A stretch of DNA of 64,000 bases from an uncultured Hormoscilla sp. (GCA_963921275.4 OZ001293.3:3296001-3360000), one strand, 5' to 3'. Numbered from the stretch's first letter, positions 13,120 through 25,978 are shown. The notes: generated by a model not told the origin, from the sequence alone. Numbers and translations: made by a program.

Positions 13120-14256
13120 ATGTATGATTGCATTATCGTCGGTGCTGGACCAGCCGGTGGAACAGCAGCCTATCATTTGGCAAAGCGGGGACGATCGGTA
13201 TTAATCCTGGAAAAAGAAACACTGCCTCGGTATAAACCCTGTAGCGGCGGGGTGTCACCCGCGATCGGCCAATGGTTTGAATTTGACTTTGAACCTGCGA
13301 TTTCCCTGAAAGTAGACCAAATTCGTTACACCTGGCAGATGTCCGATGCGGTAGAAGTGAGTCTAAGAGCAGAACCAATGTGGATGGTACAGCGAGACAA
13401 ATTCGACCATTTTCTGATCGAGCAAGCTCAGCAGCAGGGAGCCGAACTGCAAGACAATGCAGAAGTTACTGGCATCAAATTTTCCCATGACAGCTGGCAA
13501 GTCAGCACCAGCAAGGAACCAGTTGCGGTTGCTATGGGTGCGTATCTGATTGCCGCTGACGGTGCCAAAGGTCCAATGGCCAAATGGCTAGGCCTCTTCG
13601 GCGGTAAACAGCGTATGTCTGCTGTCTTGGAGGTAAAAGCACAGAACCTCCCAGACAGCCCCAAGATGCATTTTGAATTTGGGGGCAAAAAAATCAAAAA
13701 TGGTTTTATTTGGAATTTCCCCCATACAGGGGGCAACTCCATCAGCGTCGCTACCTTTGTCGGTGGCGAACCCAAAGACTTGCAGTCTGTTCTGACTGAA
13801 TACGCCCAGACAGCTGGTATCGATATTAGCAATAGTCAGCGGTACGAACACCCTCTGCTTTTGTGGGATGGCGATCGCCAGCTGCACGCCCAAAATGCAG
13901 TTGTAGCTGGGGAAGCGGCCAAGATCGTCGATCCCCTGATGGGTGAAGGCATTCGCCCCTCAATCTTTAGTGGCATGAAAGCAGCAGAGGCGATCGATCT
14001 CGCCCTGGCAGGTGACGGTAACGCCTTAGAGAAATACACTCAGGTAATGTCGGCAGAATGGGGAGCAGATCTGAAGATGGCCGGGCGCATAGCTGGGGCC
14101 TTTTACCGATTTCCTGGTGTCGGCTACAAAATAATCAAGCAACCCGTTGCTACCCAGGTGATGAGCAAAATCCTCTGCGGACAACTCAGTTACGCAGAGG
14201 TTGCAGGTACGGCGATCAAGCGTTTGAGCGGCAGTTTGATACCCGACAAAAAATAG
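13120..14256 (+). CDS. geranylgeranyl reductase family FAD-dependent oxidoreductase
   Basis: IIVGAGPAG, RYKPCSGG, IAADGA, GEAA..VDPLMGEGIRP. Confidence 0.9.
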   Translation: MYDCIIVGAGPAGGTAAYHLAKRGRSVLILEKETLPRYKPCSGGVSPAIGQWFEFDFEPAISLKVDQIRYTWQMSDAVEVSLRAEPMWMVQRDKFDHFLIEQAQQQGAELQDNAEVTGIKFSHDSWQVSTSKEPVAVAMGAYLIAADGAKGPMAKWLGLFGGKQRMSAVLEVKAQNLPDSPKMHFEFGGKKIKNGFIWNFPHTGGNSISVATFVGGEPKDLQSVLTEYAQTAGIDISNSQRYEHPLLLWDGDRQLHAQNAVVAGEAAKIVDPLMGEGIRPSIFSGMKAAEAIDLALAGDGNALEKYTQVMSAEWGADLKMAGRIAGAFYRFPGVGYKIIKQPVATQVMSKILCGQLSYAEVAGTAIKRLSGSLIPDKK

Positions 14257-14421
14257 TCGTTCGTAGTCAGCACTCTTCGTGCTTTTCTCCGTTCGTAGTC
14301 AGCACGAAGAGTGCTTTTCTCTCGTGACCAGGGTCTCCCTGGTCACGCCTGGTTGAGGCTCTGCCTCCTGGCCAGGATCAGGTGAGCGAACTCATTCATG
14401 TGATGAAGGTCCGACCAATCA

Positions 14422-14592
14422 TAAGAGGCAGAGCCTCGGACTTCCCATTCCCAGGGAGACCCTGGGAACGAGAATGGAGCTTGAGGATCTACCTCCTAGG
14501 GTCATATTTCTCACTCATAATAGTCAACTACGAGGCCAATCACAAGAGGCATAGCTTCGGACTTCCCATTCCCAGGGAGACCCTGGGAACGA
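14422..14592 (+). repeat. ~50-bp direct repeat pair (AAGAGGCA..CGGACTTCCCATTCCCAGGGAGACCCTGGGAACGAG)
   Basis: Two near-identical copies at ~14422-14472 and ~14543-14592. Confidence 0.7.
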
Positions 14593-14599
14593 GGGTAAG

Positions 14600-14934
14600 C
14601 GGTATCAGAAACCACCACCGTAGCGTTCCTCTGCCCAATGCTCTCCCCGCCGGTGATAACCGTTGCGTTTCCAGAACATTTGGCACTTTTCCGTAGAGGT
14701 GGGGAACCACTAACCGCATCGGACCACCGTGGTCTGGGGGTAGCGGCATGGCCATGAAGTCAGACCAGCTGAAAGTTGCTTCTTTTGCTAGCCCCCAAAC
14801 CCTAAGTTGCCAGGTGTCGGTACTGACTTCCGGAGTCTCGCCGTAGGTTAACACGGGAAAACCCTGGGCTAGGTATCCGGAGGCACCCGCTCTCTCTGTT
14901 GAGCTTCTGGTTTACGGAAAAATTTTCCTAGCAT
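14600..14934 (-). pseudogene. sulfite oxidase-like molybdopterin oxidoreductase with internal deletion and frameshift
   Basis: MLGKFFRKP..VPP, FPVLTYGETP..WQLRVWG joined directly to LPPDHGGPMRLVVPHLY. Confidence 0.8.
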
Positions 14935-14955
14935 AATTCACCCTAGATTGAATTA

Positions 14956-15129
14956 CTAGTCCTCTTCTTCTTCCTCTTCAAATGGTGGATAGACAAAGCT
15001 AGAACGTCGAGTCAGAACGGACTTGCCCAGACTGAGAGCTTTTTGTGCTTGGAACGCTGCTTTCCGCTTCCAGACTGCTTTCCGCTGATTTCGCTTGGTT
15101 TTCGATGTTTTCTTTTTCGGGACTGCCAT
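14956..15129 (-). CDS. rpmF: 50S ribosomal protein L32
   Basis: [24 protein letters not shown]. Confidence 0.97.
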   Translation of the reverse strand: MAVPKKKTSKTKRNQRKAVWKRKAAFQAQKALSLGKSVLTRRSSFVYPPFEEEEEED

Positions 15130-15344
15130 AACCGTGCACCATCGCAATTGTTGACAACCCTCCCATTATAAAGCCATTGCCTCCCAGCTGACTTGGCTGG
15201 ATACGTAATACTCGTGTTTTACCAATTTAAACCGCCTCAAGTAACGGCCAATCCTTGCTTGACTGGGGGTTTTTAATTTTTCGGTAGTTTGGAGATTTCA
15301 CTCCCTTGAGGGCAAGTGCCGAAAAATCATCCGAATATTAAGAT

Positions 15345-15509
15345 CTGGAGAGTGCGAAGTTCTCCGGAAAAACGACCTAGTATAAAAGCTGAAACCCTTG
15401 CTGGAAGTAGCTTACAGCCAGTAGTGGCCCGCTTATTACCCATGGTCGGTCGATCGGACCAAAACCCGCTTATGACAAGCCGTTATCCAAAGAACTTCGC
15501 ACTGTCCAG
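15345..15509. mobile_element. MITE family 1, copy 1
   Basis: TIR CTGGAGAGTGCGAAGTTCT / AGAACTTCGCACTGTCCAG; TSD TTAAGAT; sibling at 25815. Confidence 0.85.
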
Positions 15510-16134
15510 TTAAGATAATGGCTCTTTCGACCAGCAGTTGGTTGGGGTTTCCGATCCCAAGGCTCTGTGGCTATGGGCTCACAGACAGCAGCGATCGCAT
15601 GAGCGAGAAAACCAGCAAACATTGCACTAACAATCCGGCGCTTGATAGCATTTGCAGTCCTTGCTCTTGGCATCTCCATCATCGCCGTATCCTGAGGAAC
15701 AAAGAAATTGGTTTCCACAGGGGAACGATGACTGTAGGCCAGGCGGAATTCGGTAGTAGTCAACTCCCTAGCCACAGTTCCAATGAGCAGGCGATGGAGG
15801 ACGGTCATAGTCAGGATGGTCTACTCTGACCACATCAAGGATCGTCTGGGCAAAATCTTCTGCCGTGTTGATGATTCCACCGTCGAGATCGCACCTCTTT
15901 TTCTTCTTCAATGACAGTAACATCCTCGGGAGGCTCCCTCTCGACCCACTGCCCTAAGGGAGTACGACTCCATGCGAAGGGAGGTCGTCCCCGTTTTCCT
16001 TTCTCTTTGGGGACTGGGCACAACGCCATTTACAGTTTTTCGGCAATCTTCCAGCCGTCTTGCTCAGTGGCAGCAGCGAACTGTTTTTGAGTCGCTATGC
16101 CAGCATCGACCACTAGTACACCACACCGCAAATA
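15510..16134 (-). pseudogene. probable DDE transposase remnant
   Basis: Fragmented ORFs (KGKRGRPP, YSHRSPVETNFF, WDRKPQPTAGR) between a MITE and IS982. Confidence 0.45.
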
Positions 16135-16143
16135 TATCTGATA

Positions 16144-17155
16144 ACTCAAGTTGCGACCTATAAAAATTGGATACAAAAAGCTATGATAAAGAGAATTATT
16201 TTCAACTCTAATCCCTTAGATGTAACAGCATGAATTGACTTGGGAAACAAATTGGTGATTCGACTAAAACAGGTTTCAACTTGTTTTCTTGTTACTTTTT
16301 GTATATATTCAAAACAAGAATATTCTTTTCTTTTTGAGTTCTTTTTTCGCAAAGGTTTTAACATTATACTTGACGACTCTTTTAGTAAATCCTCTAATTG
16401 ATAATCATTATAAGCTTTATCTCCATAAACTATTGAATTTGATGGTAAGTCAAAGCCAAAAGATTGCAAAACTTTAACATCATTATAACTACCAGGATCT
16501 AGATAAAATTCTATTGGCTTTACATTTTTGTTTACCAACATATGAACTCTTAATCCATAAAAATAACGTTTTTTACTGGCAATATACCCTCGATATTCTT
16601 CCTTGTTATAAATTTGGCATCTATCAATCCTAATATTATCACATACTGGCACCGGGAAACTATCAAGAATATATTCTTGACCCGGATTGAGCTCTTTAAA
16701 TGTTTGAGCTATAACTTGGAAGAAAAACATCCAAATTGGTTCCTCAATATTGTGTAATCGACGATTGAACCTACTTTTACTTAACAGATTTTTTATATAC
16801 TTGTGTTGGACCATAAATTGACAAGAGCGATCGTGGTGTCCTCCGAAAAAATATGCAGCAACTAATCCGACTATCATCGCTTCGGCATTGTTCATTTTTA
16901 CTTGTGGATCTTCTTTTATATTTAACGCTTTTAGTAGCTCGTCACAAAGAACAAAAATTGTTGTAATCATATCTTCCATCATCTACATCCCCCAGCAATT
17001 AACTATTATTTTAGTACATTATAACCTATAAACAGCCAACCCGCCGCATAGCACAAAAAAAATATAATTTTGTATCAAAAGCTACGAAATATCCCAAATA
17101 TCTGTAAAGTCTAAGTGGGTAATTCATATTTTTTTTAATAGGTCGCAACTTAGGT
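16144..17155 (-). mobile_element. IS982-family element, copy 1 (transposase 16158-16982)
   Basis: TIR ACTCAAGTTGCGACC / GGTCGCAACTTAGGT; 9-bp TSD TATCTGATA; intact 274-aa DDE ORF (LDSFPVPVCDNIR, YFYGLRVH, YGDKAY). Confidence 0.92.
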
Positions 17156-17590
17156 TATCTGATAATAGAGCTAGTCATGGCTCCGAGAGCATCAGGATTG
17201 GCTGAAACCCTTGCAGGGCAATAATTTCAGCAGTGCTGCTTACCGCAATTTTAGTACAAATGTTGGCTAGTGTGTTATAACTACTCACTGTTCGCTTATT
17301 TTAAAATGAATTAGGAAAATTGATAAAAAAAGCTTTTTGGTACAAGTTATGCTATTGTAGAAGAAGAAAGCCCATTGCTCCTAAGCTGTCGCGCATTCAA
17401 ACTGCATATTGAAAAAATGGCCATGCTGGCGCTCAAAGCTTATTTAGACAGGGTTGCCACTATTTAACCCGATAGGCTTCTATGCAATGAGGATGCAGCT
17501 TGTTATTCAAGAGCAAGTAAATAGTGTTATGCTAAAAGGACAAACTTTTGCTCGCTCCCAAAAACCTCTCCATCAAGTCAACTAAACTCT

Positions 17591-18433
17591 ATGAATATTG
17601 CTTCTGAATACACAATCAACCAAGAGAGGATAGACGATATGCTGTTAAAGCAATTAGAAAAAATGGGGGTTCAGAAACTGATAGATGAGTATTTTACCAC
17701 CCATGGTAACTGGCAAGGATTAAGTTTGGGATGGGGAGCAGTAGTGTGGTTAAGCCATATTATGTCTCAACAAGACCATCGTTTGAGTTATGTGCAACCC
17801 TGGGTAGGAAAACGATTGGAAACCTTAAAAGTATGTACGGGGCAGACCATAAGAGAGTTGGATTTTTCAGATGATAGATTAGAAGCCAGTTTAAGATACT
17901 TAAGTCAGGATAAGAATTGGTCAGAGTTCGAGTGCGGGGTGGTAATTTGGTACAAGTCTATGACATTAGTTTAGAAAAGGTACGATTAGATAGCACTACG
18001 GCAAGCAGTTATTGTGGGGTAAATGAAGAAGGATTATTTCAGTGGGGTGATAGCAAAGACTATCGTCCAGACTTAAGACAAGCAAAAATAATGCTGTCAA
18101 CATTAGATCCTATGGCAATGCCGATCGCCACAGAAGTAGTAGCAGGAAATAAAGCTGATGATCCCTTATACATACCCGCAGTCCATAGAGTCAAAGAAAC
18201 GCTCAATAAATCGGGTTTGCTGATGATTGGGGGATTGTCAAATGGCAGCATTACAGACAAGAGCCGAAATAGTCAGAGGAGGGGATTATTATTTGTGTCC
18301 ATTGAGTGCCAAACAAGTTAGTCAAGAAGAACTAAAAGAGTATGTTTTACCAGTATGGCAAGGAAAACAGCCCACCACTGATGTTGAATATGATTACGCT
18401 GATGGTAAAAGAGAAATAGTTGCCGTCGGCTAT
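17591..18433 (+). pseudogene. IS1634-family transposase fragment
   Basis: ERIDD, HGNWQGLSLG, LDFSDDRL, VRLDSTTAS, GNKADDPLY over three frames; truncated by the ISKra4 element. Confidence 0.75.
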
Positions 18434-19630
18434 GGGTGCATCCCCTTCGCTAAGTACAAATACTGAGATTTCAGAGAGAGGCTTTGAGGATAATCTATAA
18501 AAGTACTCCTCATCCTGGTAGAAGTCATGAACCCAGAAATCCAAGCCCAAATTGAAGCCCATGCTCAAGCCCGGAAGCGGCCCGACTCCATGAGCAAGCT
18601 TTGGCTACCGTACCGGAGCAACTCACCACTCTTGAAGGAATCGAAGCCACGGTCCGCTCACTTGTTCTCCAATATGTCAGCCCTGAAATCGCCCTTTTTT
18701 GATCGCCAAGGAGAGCGGGACAAGCGCAGGACACTTTAGCACCGTCAAGAGCATTGTAGGGGAACCGAAGCTCACCAGTCAGCAAGCACAGTATTTTGAG
18801 GTCAAAGCCTATAGTCAGTGGAGTCCTTACCTAAAGAAATGTTGCCTAGAGTTGAGTGGGAACTCATCTGATGAACAATCGGCAAGGCAAATCAAGTTAC
18901 TGACGGGGATGAAAGTCGAATCGAGGAACACAGCAGCGACTGGTGCAGCGTGATGAATTTCCCGAAGGGCAAGCGTCACACCCCGTGCAGGCATTAACTG
19001 TGGATGGAGGGAAAGTGCGGTTACGGACCGAACTGGGAGAACCCTGCCAGTGGCGAGACTACAAAGCCGTGAACTTGGATGGGGAGTGGGTAGGGGCATA
19101 TTTCCGAGATCGCGAAGGACTGGTGGACTTTGTCAACCAACAAGCGCTTCTTTGTACCAGTTTTCACCCTAGGAGATGGTCACTCTGGGCATTGGGAATA
19201 TCCTGGGGAAAATCTCTAACCGAGTAGAAATACTCGATTGGTATCACTTAATGGAGAACTTAGAGAAAGTCGGCGGCTCCCAGCAGCGATTGGACCGGGT
19301 GAAGGAACTCCTGTGGAAAGGCCAGGTGAAGGAAGCCTTGAGAAAGTTTGAAGATTGGGAGCATGAGCGGGTAGACAGGTTGAAGGGCTATGTGGAGAAG
19401 CATCAGCATCGCATCGTCAACTACGGGTACTATCAGGCTGAGAAGATTCCCATAGGATCAGGGCAAGTCGAATCAACAGTAGGCCGAGGGGCAAGGGTGA
19501 AGTTATCTGGAGCACAGTGGAAGGAGGAGAATGTCCCCCAGGTGTTACGACATCGTTGTGCTTGCTTGAACGGAGTCTTTACAGCACTCACTATGAGTAA
19601 TAATACTTACCTAACTACTGGGATGCACCC
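18434..19630 (+). mobile_element. ISKra4-family element (degenerate)
   Basis: TIR GGGTGCATCCC / GGGATGCACCC with TAT duplication; VDGGKVRLRT..WRDYKAV, EILDWYHL, PIGSGQVES. Confidence 0.82.
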
Positions 19631-19843
19631 TATCGTTAACTATGACCTTTATCAATTCTTGGGCATTCCGATTGGCTCTGGGGAGGTAGAGTCTGTAGTC
19701 AAGCGTATTGGTTCTCGTCTCAAGCTCTCTGGGGCTCAATGGCTTCGGACGTCAGTTAAACAAATGCTTCCCTTACGCTATGCTTATCTTAATGGCGCTT
19801 TTTCTCTGAGTACAACTACTTAGTGCAAAACTGGGATACTCCC
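19631..19843 (+). pseudogene. 3' end of a second ISKra4-like element
   Basis: IVNY..IPIGSGEVESVVKRIG followed by TIR-like CTGGGATACTCCC. Confidence 0.7.
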
Positions 19844-20084
19844 CATGTAGAATTATTAGAAGGTCAGATTGTAGAAATGAGTCCTCAAGGTCCACTCCAT
19901 GCAGGCACTACCCAACGCGCCTCTGATTATATCAAAGCTCAATTAATTGAACAAGCTCATGTCCGGACGCCGTTGCCCGTTACTTTGTCAACTTCTGAAC
20001 CGGAACCAGACGTGGCCGTAGTTCTGATCGATCGGGGTGCCTATGGCGACCATCATCCCACTCCAGAGGAAATATTTCTCCTTA
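19844..20084 (+). pseudogene. Uma2 family endonuclease internal fragment
   Basis: VELLEGQIVEMSPQGPLHA..SEPEPDVAV..HPTPEEIFL. Confidence 0.8.
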
Positions 20085-20350
20085 CAATACTCCGGACAAA
20101 ATTAGGAGGCTATGGCCCCGTAGGCAAGCAGGTTCTGGTAGTTCCTTCGATATCTCCCGGTGCTGCCGAAACGTGGGAGCGCGGTTGAGCACTACCCACG
20201 TTTCGGCAGCGCGCTAAAAGCACAACTGGTGGGGAGACATCTTTGTGAGATTTAATCTTTCCTCCACTGTTGACTATGTCTCGGCTGCGTTCGGAGACTC
20301 TAGAGGGGGAAGACACCTGGTCTAGAGCACCTTGGGTTATCTCTCTTGGT

Positions 20351-21267
20351 GGTCGGGGTCGAGCTGGGAATCACTCCCCAACCCTCCAAGAGCGGAACCT
20401 AAAGAGCGACTTTCACCGCACACGGCTACTGGTTAGTAAGCTGTTGTCATCAGTAGGTTTACTCACGGTTATCCCCGTTGTCCCTTACCCTTTGAAATTT
20501 TACCCCTTATGGTCAATCCTATTGGACCGCTTAAGTACTTAGCTCCGGAAGGTTCGCGGAGGATAGTCCAGCAAACCATACTCGCCGCTCTTTACTAACA
20601 TCTTCCCCATTCTGCTTTCCGCTTTTCGTAGGGGCTCTGAACTTTACCTGGCTAAGATTTGAATCCAACATTCCTACTATTCGGGGTTTCTCACTAGTTT
20701 TGCGACATTAGGGCTACTTTCCCCAAGGGTGTCTTACCATATCCGTCCTACGTCTGCATATCCACAGGCATTATCCTGGGCATTAGCTTCTTAGGACATC
20801 CTTCCTCTTCGTGGCTTGCGCTTTACATCTAACTTGTCCAAATGGGGACAGCTCACGAGAGGTTACTTCGTTCCCTAGTATCATTTCACGATGCTTTTAG
20901 GTTCCTACTTTACCCCGAGAGTTCTTTGAGTACGTTATTAGCCAGTGGACACAGCTCATACTAACTACCATTTCCCTTTTGGGCCAGCGCCTAAGCCTTA
21001 TTCCGCTGGTTTAGGTTTACGAGGCTTACATAGGTTCGCTTGTTCCAACCATTAGCATCTTTCCTAGCGGCGTCACCGGCTTAGGCTGCCAGTTATCCTA
21101 CATTTAAGTCCTCGCTCTGCACCACGGCGATGTGGCTCCGTAGCACTGAGGACCGGTGTCACCCCCGCACCTAGGGGAGGGGAATTGAACCCCCATGATT
21201 ACCAGAGTTCCTAGTTTCCTAGGCTAGCGTTCCGCGTTTGACCACGTTAGGCTAGAACGAATCGCAC
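20351..21267 (-). mobile_element. ORF-less group II intron, copy B
   Basis: Reverse complement begins GTGCGATTCGTTC and ends CTCGACCCCGACC; D5 present; EBS1 GTCCAC (+ strand 20945-20950) pairs 6/6 with exon end GTGGAC (+ 21268-21273). Confidence 0.92.
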
Positions 21268-21540
21268 GTCCACGTATCTAACCTAGCAAGAGAGTTGGGC
21301 AAGTGGCAACCCCTGTTAATAATTCTTTACATTCTCTCGGGAACAAGCTACAAAGGCCCCCTGCTGACCACCGGTGATGCTTGGAGCCGTGAGGGACTGT
21401 GGCGGTTCTAGGAGGCCGATCCGGACGGTGGGTCGGTCTCAGTGCCGCCGCCGTGCCCGGACGCGACATTCGGATCACGGCTATAGAGATATTTCGATTC
21501 ATCTAAGTACCTTAAATACCATGCCGAAGTTCGATAATAA

Positions 21541-21574
21541 AAAGCCCGGTTTTTCCGAGAAACCGGGCTTTTTA
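21541..21574. terminator. hairpin AAAGCCCGGTTT..GAAACCGGGCTTT (terminator or dispersed palindrome)
   Basis: Strong inverted repeat with A/T flanks. Confidence 0.45.
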
Positions 21575-21798
21575 TTAGCACATATCCAACCAGATCGCCC
21601 GCTATCCCTGTACGCAAGCATATCTTTCCCGCGCTAGCCAACCGGTTAGAAAAAGAGTCTCCAATGCCCGATCTCCTGCCAGCAATCAACCGGCGATTTT
21701 CACTTAGTATTGGCCCCCGAATGAGGGCCGTCCAGTTTACAGCATAAAGTTGAGAGTAATGAACATCATCAGTTCCTCAGGATCGGAGGTATACTTAA

Positions 21799-22820
21799 GA
21801 GGGTGTTTGGAAAGTAGTAAAAAGCACTCTGTATGTCAAGAAGGCTTCCTGGGTTTATACTGAAATATGAAAACTAAAAACAGCAATCCAGAAAGCCATG
21901 ACTCTAGGCTATACCACTGAAGGAACCCAACTACAATGGGAGTTGTGATAATCTCTCAAGAACTGGCATCTAGCACCGGGCGACCTCGTACTGTAGATCT
22001 CATGAGCGTGGTCCAAGCAATTCTCGGGAGTTTTGGTGACGGGCTGCCCTTGGCGGTTGCTGCCCAATAACTATCCGCCGTTACGAGCTGTCTACTACTA
22101 CTTTCGGCAAGGTCGCTGGTTGGAGGGAACGTGGAAAGGTATCCACGCTCCGGAATGTGCAATGGGTACCTGTAGTTGAAGATCGTCAGCCTACACCTCC
22201 TGCCGGTAGTCTCGATTCACAAACAGCTGCCAAGGCGGTGATGGTTCATCGATGTCTCCTGTGTGCCGTATGTCCCCTGGGACAAGAGCAAGGAGCAGAG
22301 ACATCGAAAAGATGTTGGCTATGACGGGGGCAAAAAGATCTACTGGGCGCAAAGGCTTTACTCTGGTCGATACATTAGGGTTATTGATGGTGGTGAAGGT
22401 TGTTGCCTAAGGGTGTACCCTTACGCGCAGCGTAGCGTAGCGTGTAGCCATGGGCGAGGGGGCGGCAAGTTGTCCTCAATTCTGTACAGGAAGAGCGTCA
22501 AGGTTTCCCGAGACTGGTTCGCATCTGGGTCGAGCAAGGTTTTTCGGGGGCGGACTTTCTTCTCGGGGTCATGGATACCTTCCACCCTTATCTGGACGTG
22601 GTCCAAGGACCAGTGGGAGTCAAAGGATTTACCCTGCTGCCTTGGCGGTGTCCAGCCCTCGCGCACTTACTCCTGGCTACATTGGTGCTGTCGTCTCAAC
22701 ATGGATTATGAACCCGATCCTGCTTCATCAGAATCCTTTATCTACATAGCCATGATTCGACTTATGCTACGCCGACTAGCATAAAACATTTCTTACCTCT
22801 ACGTGTTTCCAAACGTCCTC
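21799..22820 (+). mobile_element. IS5-family (IS1031-like) element, degenerate
   Basis: TIR GAGGGTGTTTGGAAA / TTTCCAAACGTCCTC, TAA TSD; GYDGGKK, SESFIYIAMIRLMLRRLA. Confidence 0.82.
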
Positions 22821-22989
22821 TAACTTCCAGCCAATCACTGGCTTGCGCAAATCCCAGGCCCTCCCAAACATAAATCACGTTCATTACTGCTTTTGGTAAG
22901 CCCGCAATGGTGATTTTTACAGAGTGTTTCTCGGTAACTACTCACAGCAAAAAGTAGAGCTTGTTGAAAAAGAAGTGAATCACAAGCTC

Positions 22990-24700
22990 AATAAAGTGTT
23001 AGGTAGATGGCAATCCCGATGGACCGCGACCAGAAAAAAGTAGGGCTTGAAGAAATTAAGTATAGATTACAAGCCCTGGAAAAATTAAGTAGATTGCAAT
23101 CCCGGCGAACTAGGACCAGCTAAAGACAACAGTTCACACAAACTGGCGATCGCCGATGCTCCTTGCAACCCCATAGTTTCTAAGAAGCTAAACATTTGAG
23201 CTACTAACGAGCGCTCCCCAATCGCTTCTAGCTCCACCGCTAACTTTACGATGCACCACTACTGGACGCAAAGCTCGTTCGGCATCATTATTGTCGGGTT
23301 TAACATCTGGTTGAGATAAAAATGTGAACCACTCATCCCAATGACGTCTAAGTCGTGAGGCAAGCCTTTGGGCATCGGCTGGCCATCCGGCAGATGGAGG
23401 GCGAGCCAAAATTGCTTGTAGTTGGGCTTCTACAGTTTGACGTTTTTGTTGGAGTTGTGCAAGAGTCAATAAACCAGCGAGATAATCCCATTGGCGCTTT
23501 TATAGCTGTCCATAAAACTTGCTTGATCTTTTGTGCAAAATCAACATTGGCGGCAAAACGACTGGTTAATAGAGCTTCCAAGTGTCGTTCCAGATGGGCT
23601 AAACATTTTTGTTTCCCTGCTGCTGACTGTGGACCATAGGCGCTAAAACAATCACTAGTCAGAATCCCGTCAAAGTTTTCTCCGAGTAACCGCTTAAGTT
23701 CCGCGCTACCGCGGGTTGGAGCCAAAAGCAGAACGCATACTTTATCACTGGTAGCCACCCATAGCCAATACTTAATCCCATCAATGCAATAAGTGGTCTC
23801 GTCCACACACCGCTGGTTTGTGTTGCACATAAGCTAGCCACTGTTGATAACTTGGCTCCAAACTTTCTGTAAACCACCGGTGCATCTTCGCCAAACTGCC
23901 TTGAGAAATTGGTACACCCAAGACGTGTTCTACAAAATACTCTTGTTTTCGCCATGCCAAGTTACCACCGTACCCAAGCCAGCCAACAACACTACTAAGC
24001 CGACCACCATAACTAAATCCTTCTTTGATGCCCCAAGGTAAGGGAGCATATCCAGACCACCCGCAAGACTGGCAAAGACATGGGACTTCGTTGATATTCT
24101 CGGATTTCAACGGGCTGCTCTATCAGTTCTGCTACTTGTTGAACTTTCTGCGGACCACCTGCCACAAGTTCGACGTCATCTCCGCAAGCGGGGCATGGGT
24201 GAGGCCTAAGCTGTTCTATGCGATCGGGCACTCCAAATCCCGGAGCGCGTCTTACCACAATGATTATATTTGGGACCACGCTTTTTACCTTTTTTGCGCC
24301 TGCTTTTGTCCGACGGTTTTTTGGCGTTGCACATTTTGGGGATGATACTCTTTTTGCACATAACTGAAAGTCGCTTGTAGTCTAGGTTTAAAACTATTGC
24401 AACTATGTCTATCATCCCGTCCGAAGTGCAACGCCGGTTTTTTAATAATGTCTTGTGAGGGGGGGACGGAACTGTTGACAGACGAGAAATTTTTCAGTTT
24501 GTGCAGCTGGTCCTTGAGTTCTGCGTTTTCTTCGTTGAGAGCATCAAGTTCCCTTTGTTGCTTCTCTATTAGCTCTTGCTGTTGTTTGAGGAGTTGCTGC
24601 TGCTTCAAGAGCCACTCGACCAGTAGCACATAGTTCGCCATTTGGTCTGGTTCGACGGCGAATGTCAGTGGCTCGGTCTGTGATGCCAGTGGCCCGGTCT
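22990..24700 (-). pseudogene. IS66-family transposase, multiply frameshifted, MITE inserted
   Basis: NSSVPPSQD, VDETTY, GILTSDCFSAY, QKCLAHL, PDNNDAERALRPVV. Confidence 0.85.
24323..24435. mobile_element. MITE family 2, copy 1
   Basis: TIR GGCGTTGCAC / GTGCAACGCC; 8-bp TSD GGTTTTTT. Confidence 0.88.
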
Positions 24701-24737
24701 GTGATGCAGCAGTATATGTTATACAAATTAGTATACA

Positions 24738-25749
24738 ACTCAAGTTGCGACCTATAAAAATTGGATACAAAAAGCTATGATAAAGAGAATTATTTTCAAC
24801 TCTAATCCCTTAGATGTAACAGCATGAATTGACTTGGGAAACAAATTGGTGATTCGACTAAAACAGGTTTCAACTTGTTTTCTTGTTACTTTTTGTATAT
24901 ATTCAAAACAAGAATATTCTTTTCTTTTTGAGTTCTTTTTTCGCAAAGGTTTTAACATTATACTTGACGACTCTTTTAGTAAATCCTCTAATTGATAATC
25001 ATTATAAGCTTTATCTCCATAAACTATTGAATTTGATGGTAAGTCAAAGCCAAAAGATTGCAAAACTTTAACATCATTATAACTACCAGGATCTAGATAA
25101 AATTCTATTGGCTTTCCATTTTTGTTTACCAACATATGAACTCTTAATCCATAAAAATAACGTTTTTTACTGGCAATATACTCTCGATATTCTTCCTTGT
25201 TATAAATTTGGCATCTATCAATCCTAATATTATCACATACTGGCACCGGGAAACTATCAAGAATATATTCTTGACCCGGATTGAGCTCTTTAAATGTTTG
25301 AGCTATAACTTGGAAGAAAAACATCCAAATTGGTTCCTCAATATTGTGTAATCGACGATTGAACCTACTTTTACTTAACAGATTTTTTATATACTTGTGT
25401 TGGACCATAAATTGACAAGAGCGATCGTGGTGTCCTCCGAAAAAATATGCAGCAACTAATCCGACTGTCATCACTTCGGCATTGTTCATTTTTACTTGTG
25501 AATCTTCTTTTATATTTAACGCTTTTAGTAGCTCGTCACAAAGAACAAAAATTGTTGTAATCATATCTTCCATCATCTACATCCCCCAGCAATTAACTAT
25601 TATTTTAGTACATTATAACCTATAAACAGCCAACCCGCCGTCTAGCACAAAAAAAATATAATTTTGTATCAAAAGCTACGAAATATCCCAAATATCTGTA
25701 AAGTCTAAGTGGGTAATTCATATTTTTTTTAATAGGTCGCAACTTAGGT
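24738..25749 (-). mobile_element. IS982-family element, copy 2 (transposase 24752-25576)
   Basis: 1012 bp like copy 1, near-identical ORF; TSD TATACA. Confidence 0.92.
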
Positions 25750-25814
25750 TATACACCTTACAAGAGGGAAAATAAGTCACGGTTGTGTGCCGCACCCGGT
25801 GAGTTGTGCAATAA

Positions 25815-25978
25815 CTGGAGAGTGCGAAGTTCTCCTAAAACAAGACATACTCTAAAAGCTGAAACCCTTGTAGGGAGAGGCTTACAGCCCGTAGTAGCCC
25901 GCAGATTGCCTCTCCGAGGTCCATCGGGCTGAAACCTGCTGATGACAAGAAGTTACATTAGAACTTCGCACTGTCCAG
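25815..25978. mobile_element. MITE family 1, copy 2
   Basis: Same TIRs as 15345; 8-bp TSD TGCAATAA. Confidence 0.85.
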
